A stretch of 64,000 bases of DNA from the human T2T-CHM13v2.0 reference genome, Homo sapiens. A model generated the notes under the pieces. It did not search any database and was not told the DNA's origin. It worked only from the letters and a program-made list of their open reading frames with translations. The position numbers were made by a program, and so were the translations under genes. Position 1 is the stretch's first letter, and every line of letters starts with the position of its first letter. The stretch lies in the NCBI RefSeq assembly GCF_009914755.1, contig NC_060944.1, one strand, 5' to 3'. Shown here piece after piece: positions 57,133-64,000 of this stretch.

Positions 57133-58111
57133 GGGTACCTGTGCATGTGTTGCAGGTGACCTGACATTCTTGGATCACTCTCCCAGAAAGCCATGTGTTG
57201 GACCCCTCCCTTTCTATCTTAAAATGCCCGATGTTAGAAGCTCATAGTAGTTGTAAAGGAGCTAATGTGATGCTTAAAAAGGGCTCAAAACATTGGTTCC
57301 CCCGCCCCCACCCCTCAGGGCCTGGGAAGTTTCCCTTTCTCTTTGGGAGAAAAGTTGCTTTTCATTTTTCACTTGTGCCTGTGTGTTCTCTGTTACGTTA
57401 TTACTATTTCCATCAAAAAGCATTTTATAGTTCAATGTTTGGGGGAAATACAGTCCCATAAGCAGGCCCCTATTCAGGCCCCTATCCAGCCTCCTCGTCC
57501 TTTTGCCTCCTCACCCCTTCCTAGGGCCCATACCTTGCAGTGCCTTGTGTGAAATTTTCGAAGGCAGTCCTCACTCACAGCCCCACTTGGAATGTCACAA
57601 GCATTTAGCAGATTAAAGGCTCTGAAAAGCCCTGCAGTAAAGTAATGTTTAACTTCAATTAAACCACCCTCTCTCAAATTCACTTGACTGCTAAACTCTT
57701 TTTCAAAGAACACCTGTATGTATTCCAAAAAGTTCTGGATTAAATATTGTTAACCTCTCAAAGAACACAGGGTGGGGCCTATTTATCCTCTGTGTGCCTT
57801 CAAATCCCAGGAGGCTCAGGCCTTTTCTGCAATAAAAAATGTATTCATAACTCTTTAATTGCTCTCTTCCCTTCTTCCTCTCTGACTTATTTGTATAATA
57901 TAAAGTTAGTGCGCTATATTTGAATAACATGGATAGAAATAAACTTTTAATGCCAGAACCTCCTCTCAAAAAAAAGTGGTAAAGCTAGAACTCTCACTGT
58001 AGTTGCCTGTAATTTAAAGTGAAAGGCTCCAAACAGGTGTTTCCCCTGGAAGAAATGTTCAAGCCTTGTTAAGAGTCTATAATATGTCAATATACACTGT
58101 TAAAAGAGATG

Positions 58112-58458
58112 ACAGGTCATGTGCCACATGACAACAGTTTAGTCAAGATAGACTGCATATCAAATAGTGGTCCCATAAGATTATAATATTGTATTTTTAG
58201 GGTAGCTTTCCTATATTAGCTATGTTTAGATACACAAATACTTACCGTTGTGTTACAACTGCCTACAGTATTTGGTACAGCAACGTGCTGCCCCAGTGTG
58301 TAGTCCAGGAGCAATAGGCTAATGCCACATAGCCTGGGGGTGTAGCAGGTTCTACCATCTAGATTTGTGCAAGTACACTCCATGATGTTCACACAACAGC
58401 AAAATAGCCTAACAATGCATTTCTCAGAATATACTCACTCGGTTAAGCAACGTGTTTG
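58112..58458 (+). mobile_element. Tigger3a (MER7A/GOLEM_A) TcMar-Tigger MITE
   Basis: 'ggtcccataagattataata...gtttagatacacaaatacttaccgttgtgttacaactgcctacagtatt...aggagcaataggcta...gcatttctcagaatata...ggttaagcaacg'. Confidence 0.9.
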
Positions 58459-61400
58459 TACTTTTCTTGTGACTTGAATCACTTCCGTTTTAAATCTGTA
58501 AGAAGCTGAAATACTATATCCTCTTTCTTTCTTTTAATAAACGAGTAGGAGACAGTGCACCTGGGCTCACTCGTCAGAGAGGCTGACCCATGTGAAAGGC
58601 AAGGAGTCCTGCCCCAGTCACTCATGCCTGTCGCCCATTATTTTAGTGAATTGTGGTGAAAACCCCAGCTCCATATAGGCTGGCTGTGTCTAGATGGTAC
58701 AACTGAGTCAGCTGGGGAACACACAAGGCAGCATTGCAGACCATCATTGCAAAATAGCTGTGCATTCCTTCACCTGAGCTTTTGTGACGGGTGCATTGGG
58801 TTGGTAAAATGACTAAAATTATTCAGTTGCCCCTGTTCCGGTTGTAGAAAAATGCTCTTCACACAAGGAATGTTTTTGTGGTTTGCCACATTTGGAAATG
58901 TCAGCTACTTTGGAAATGCTGTATTTAGCCTCAAATCCCACACCCATTCAATGCTGTTAACCAGATCTCCAGGGTGTAGCGACAGTGCAAGTCCATGTAT
59001 TTTGAGATCTATTAATACCTTTTGGTTACCAAGTGGCATTTGCTTCCCGTATATTGCCATGAAACAGAACAGCAAGGTCCAAGTTTGCCCTGGTTTATGA
59101 AAAGGACCTCATCGTACTGAGATAGTTTGTCAAAGTTAAAGTTAAAATCCCAGAGGGGCTTTCTTATTCTCCTGTCCTCCCATGAATTTTTGATGCATCA
59201 GAAAATCACATTTTAAAGGCATGAAAGTGGGGTGAAGCAACAATTTTCACCAGAACTGTGAGTGTGAAGGAGTGTGTGTGTGTGTGTGTATGTGTGTGTT
59301 TTGTTTCTCCAAGTCTGTTTAATGGGAATACTCAATGTTAAGTCTCCCAGTGGTGCCTGAACTTATATATGGTAATATTCACATAAATGCAATATGTGCT
59401 TCCCTTTTTTGACATATATATAACTTGTCATTTCATTTCTTGGGACTAATAGGCAAAACTAATATTTCTAGAGAAATCTGAGAAAGCATGTGTGTGCTGT
59501 ATACACGTGTATGTCCCCAGAGTGTTTTATTGCTTAGAAACCAAAAGGGATCACAAGATTAGAATCTGTGCAGGGCAGCCTAACCTGACCCTGTTCATTG
59601 ATTCATTCATTCATTCAGTGGGATTTGAGTGCCAACTGCATACCAGGACTATCTGGATGCTTCACTGAATAGAAACCACCCACTGGACTTATTTTGGGGG
59701 AGTTGGTAGGGAAAGGGGAGGATGACAGACCATGAAGACAATACTTGAGTAAATTGCTCTCGGCCCTCCTCTCACCCCAAGGGCCCTCTTGGGTAGGGAG
59801 GGGTTGGGAGGTCCTCTCCTTAAGGGAGGGGTCTCTCTCAAGCACCTTCCCCCTGTAGCTAAGCAACCCCCAACTAGACCATGTTACTTAAGGGCCTGGC
59901 TCAGGTCACCTGCCCCCTTCCCACAACCCCACTCTCCCCGAAATGCCAACCTCATCACTGTGCTGATTCATTCCAAGCCATCCCCTGAAACCTAAAATCC
60001 TTTAAAATGCCTCTACCTCTTTCTTTATTAATCCACCCATTTTTCAGATCACCGAGGTACTTTCTGGATGCAGAAGCAATCGGAGTGTCTGCTGTCTGGC
60101 AGCAGCTGGTCTCTAAAATTGTTCAGGTCATCATGTCAGATCTTGAGATCGGGCTGAGAATGCGCTTCCTGGCTGGATGACTTGGGTCTCATTTGACTCT
60201 GTCCAGCGAGAGACACAGCTCTACTCTTTCTCCCCACCCCAACCCACCCCTCAGGTGCTCTCTTTCCCATTTCCACTTTCTGGATGTGAGGTCTACCCAG
60301 ACCCTCCTTTCCCAGGTAGGCGGTGTCCTTGGTTTCGGGGGTATGTGGCCCAAATCCCCTCCCTTGTCCTGCCCCAGTGGGTTACAGGAACTTTCTTGCC
60401 CACCCCCCACCCAGATACGAGGGGCGAATGAGTGAGTGTCCAAGTCTAACTCCCATGTGAAACACTTTCTATGGAAAAACTAAACTCCAGTTGGTAATGA
60501 GAGGGAGACACCACATTCATTCATTCATTCATTCCAAAAGCATTCACCAAGAACTTTCTGGGTACCAGGTCCAGGCAGCCAGGGATCCTCCTGGCACTGA
60601 GAGGCACCAACAGACAGCACAGGACTGGCCCATGGGGTCACCAAGGGAGTGCAGGCTTAGTGGAGGGAGTTCCGTCTTTGCCTGGGGAAAGGAGGCAGTT
60701 TACTTAAGGATTAGCTGCCCCCACCTGCATGGAAGGTACCTTCTACTCTTCCACAATGCAGGCTATTCAGGTCTGAAAATAACACCGTGTTTCCGGGCCT
60801 GGGCCTTGAGCCCCAGGCTGACCAGAAGCTAACCAGCTTGATCTCACATTAGCAGCTTCAGCTTGTTGGCTCACTGGGCAGTGATAACCATGCCAGGGTC
60901 TCTTCCAGCCTAGACAGGCTGATTCTATGAAATAAACAAAAGACATCTGAGATGTTTTTCTCATCTGAGACACGGGCCCCTGGGCAAACTCCCCACTCCT
61001 GCCCAGAAACTGAGGCCTTCCAACCCTTTCTCCTGTACTCCAGAGCCCCTGGAGGGAGCCTGGCTGTGCCCTTCAGGGGCATTCTCCACTCCCTGTCCTG
61101 GTGAAACCTCAAGAATGAAGCGCTTCCTTTTCTGAGAATAGCCACCACATTATTCCATTCATGACCCCATGCTTGCAGAAACGCCATGGTCCTGGAAGCA
61201 GCTAGAATAGCATTGTGGCTTGCCAACAGTCCCATCTGAGGGTCATTTATTGCACTTCTCTGTTTCACTTTCCTTGAATATATGGACAAATGCAATAGTT
61301 TGTGAAAACTAAAGGTGAAATTTCATATTGCTTGTATGAAAGCAAAATATCCTGCACGAAATAAACTTTCCAACCCTCTTTTCTCCCTCCCTTTTTCCTC

Positions 61401-63949
61401 TCTGTGCCCCCAACCCCTCCCGCCTTTTTCTCTGCCCTGTTCTTTCTCCTCGTCTCCCTCTCATCTGGCATGCCTAATCAATGGTACCTAATCACTCCTC
61501 TACAGGCTGACAGATGAGAAGTTCACTGTATAGAGATGGGTTTCAGAAAAACTGGCAACATCTGTCCCATTCCTAACTCCACCTGATAACCAGTTGTGTT
61601 AGTAACATGGTAGAATTCAATTTTGTGTTTTCTGTTAAAAATTCAAGTGCAGAAATCTGGCTGTCCAGGGACTAGAAGAGCGTACCTATCCTGTCTCCTT
61701 TGCGAGTACCACTTGGGTGGTTTTTCTCTCCTCTCCTTTAGATGGCACCAGTTTATTGCAGTGTGGCCACCCAGACACTCCCTTCTGCTACCTCAATTAG
61801 TATTCATTGTGCAAAAATAAGAAAATTCCTTCATTACGCTGGTGCCTGGTGGCAATCTGATAACTAAGGCGGTGCATCTGCATTTCCATTATAAACCACA
61901 TTTCTCACTTAGGGTTGTCGCTCAGCAATAAAAACTTGCTAGCAAGGTCTTAACCCTCGGACATTTAAAAATAAACATTGCATTTAGCTTTTAAAGGGTC
62001 TGTCTTTTCCTAATTATATATGTCAAGTCTGAGAATTTTTTTTTCTCCATGTGACCAAAAAAGAATTAGGACTTTATCTAGGTTTTTGGAAATTTCAACA
62101 AGGTATCAGTTTGTATTAAAATAAAATGCAAAAAGTGAAAGGTATTTCAATAGAAACCAAAGAGGAATATAATCCTTTTAATTTTGAAATTTATCTTCCC
62201 AGAGATGTGAATGATGGATGGTCTATTCTATCACCTTCTACTTTTTGTGTCTCTGGTCAAACCTGCTACAATAAGGCAAAGCTAACATCTGCAACAATTA
62301 ACCAGAACTTCGTCCACAGTGCATTCCTTTAGGAATCACCTAGATCCTCACTGCATTTGCTTCTCCACTGTTTCAGGAGAAACTCAGTCATAAAGCGAAT
62401 GCAGAGGTGAGGGCTCCTTGTCGAAGGCCTCAGCCACCCACATTCACAGTAAATGGAATTACCTTCTTCATGGGCCCACTTCAAGACTCCTGTGTTTTTC
62501 ACAATAGTTCGTATTTCAAGTATTCTGTCCTGTTATCAGGCATTGTATCAAATCATGCATCCTGTTTTTTGATCATAAAAATATCTGGCCTGGAAAATAT
62601 CTGGTCAGATTGGGTTTCCCAGTCTGGAACTTTTTCACACACGGCTTCTACATGAACCAACCAAAATAAAATCTCAAATCAATGTTGGCTTTCTTTCATC
62701 TGTACAGATACTCCTTCTTTTAAAAATAATTTGAGATTGGTAGTTACTTAAATGTTTTCTGTTTAACTCTCTGAATGTCATTAAAATTGGAATTTGTGAA
62801 TTAACATAAAATAGCAAAGTCGTAGATTTTCATCAATTATAATGCTTCCCTGGTCTATATTCACTTTGTGTGATCAAGCTAAAATGTCTCAGGTACACAT
62901 TTGAACTGATCCACATAGAAGAGTGACATTTGAATGTTTGTTACTGATCTCTCTCCATCTGCTATTAGCTGCTATTGATGTTAAGTGATACCAGTTTGCT
63001 CAACTGAAAGGCAGATTTGGGATTAAAGCATAAACAGGTCACAGTTATAAGAGAAAAGAAATGTTGCGCACCAGAGTTAATTGATTGTTTCTCCCTCTTG
63101 GGCAGCTTCTGAAATGTATGCAAATGACTAGAGCCACAGATGAAAGAAAGAAGTGAAAGAGAGAAAGAAAGAGTCACACACACAGGTTTTATGGGTCTGT
63201 GCTACTCCCTGAAAGTATATGTGATGCCTTTGAAAGGGTATTCAGAGATGAATCATGAGAATGGGAGTAGAATTACTTGTGTGTGTAACTGACACAAATG
63301 TGGAAAACAATTCCTTTCTCTTCCTTGTGTTGGCTTCAGACTGCAATCCCCATTTCCCAACATAAAAAAATAGCTAGATCTTGAAATGCCAATTTAATTG
63401 TAAGTCAAGATGGATCACCAGGAAGCCTCAGCTAGGCAGGACTTGCCCAAAGTGAGGTGGGGATAGCGTTGGAGCAGAGTAGCAGAAAGAAATTGTGCAG
63501 AGAAAGCAGGGTTGGTAAGGTGTATCACAAAGGAGAGTTGACTCTAGGTTGCAGCACTGCAGTAAATTATGAGGAAGAGGATGGGTGCTGTCACTCACAG
63601 CTAAGTCAGTTAGGAAAGTCATGAAAGAGAAAAAATGCACCACTATGGTGGTGCTTGGGGTAACTCCCATTATTCAGTGAAGCGAGTTGGAGCAGAAACT
63701 TAGGAGGCCACTGAGGTTTCAGAGTGTAAGTGACTGCAGAAGGATAATTTTCACCCAAAACATCAGCATGGAAAAGTGTAACCACTATTGAAGAGGTTGA
63801 GAAACTTATTTTATAACAAAACCATGTCTATAACTAAATGTGTCTGTGCCCTTTTAAGTTGCTTGGGGATGGAACCTGCTGACTAGGAATTATACCCCAA
63901 TTCACTGTGGAGCAGGGGTCCCAAAGAGTAGCAACAAAAGATCAGGTGA

Positions 63950-64000
63950 GGCTGGGTGCGGTGGCTCACGCCTGTAATCCCAGCACTTTGGGAGGCTAAG
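63950..64000 (+). mobile_element. Alu 5' end (truncated by the window edge)
   Basis: 'ggctgggtgcggtggctcacgcctgtaatcccagcactttgggaggctaag'. Confidence 0.96.

Overview
This is primate (human-like) non-coding genomic DNA. It is dominated by interspersed repeats: 8 AluS-type elements (one cut by the window end) plus 2 Alu monomers, a ~9.4 kb nested L1MB/L1PB block at 30.6-40.0 kb, several other L1 3' ends, THE1/MLT1/MER21/LTR33-type solo LTRs, MIR/L2 relics, and hAT and Tc1-mariner MITEs. I find no intact protein-coding gene; the ORF track is explained by Alu/L1 remnants, simple repeats and chance. The one recognisable gene-derived sequence is a decayed, apparently processed pseudogene of BBLN (C9orf16, bublin coiled-coil protein) on the minus strand at ~18.9-19.55 kb. 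Unusually for such a diverged retrocopy, it is still CpG-rich and forms the only CpG-island-like segment in the window. Other points of note are plus-strand 3'ss/5'ss juxtapositions resembling recursive splice sites, a twin-primed 5'-inverted L1, two template-switch scars in the old L1, an ancient local duplication, a MADE1 hairpin and a perfect 15-bp-arm palindrome. I cannot support a claim of a new biological system. The best lead is the retrocopy-derived CpG island, possibly tied to a plus-strand non-coding transcript. Repeat subfamily names come from recall of consensus sequences and need RepeatMasker/Dfam confirmation.
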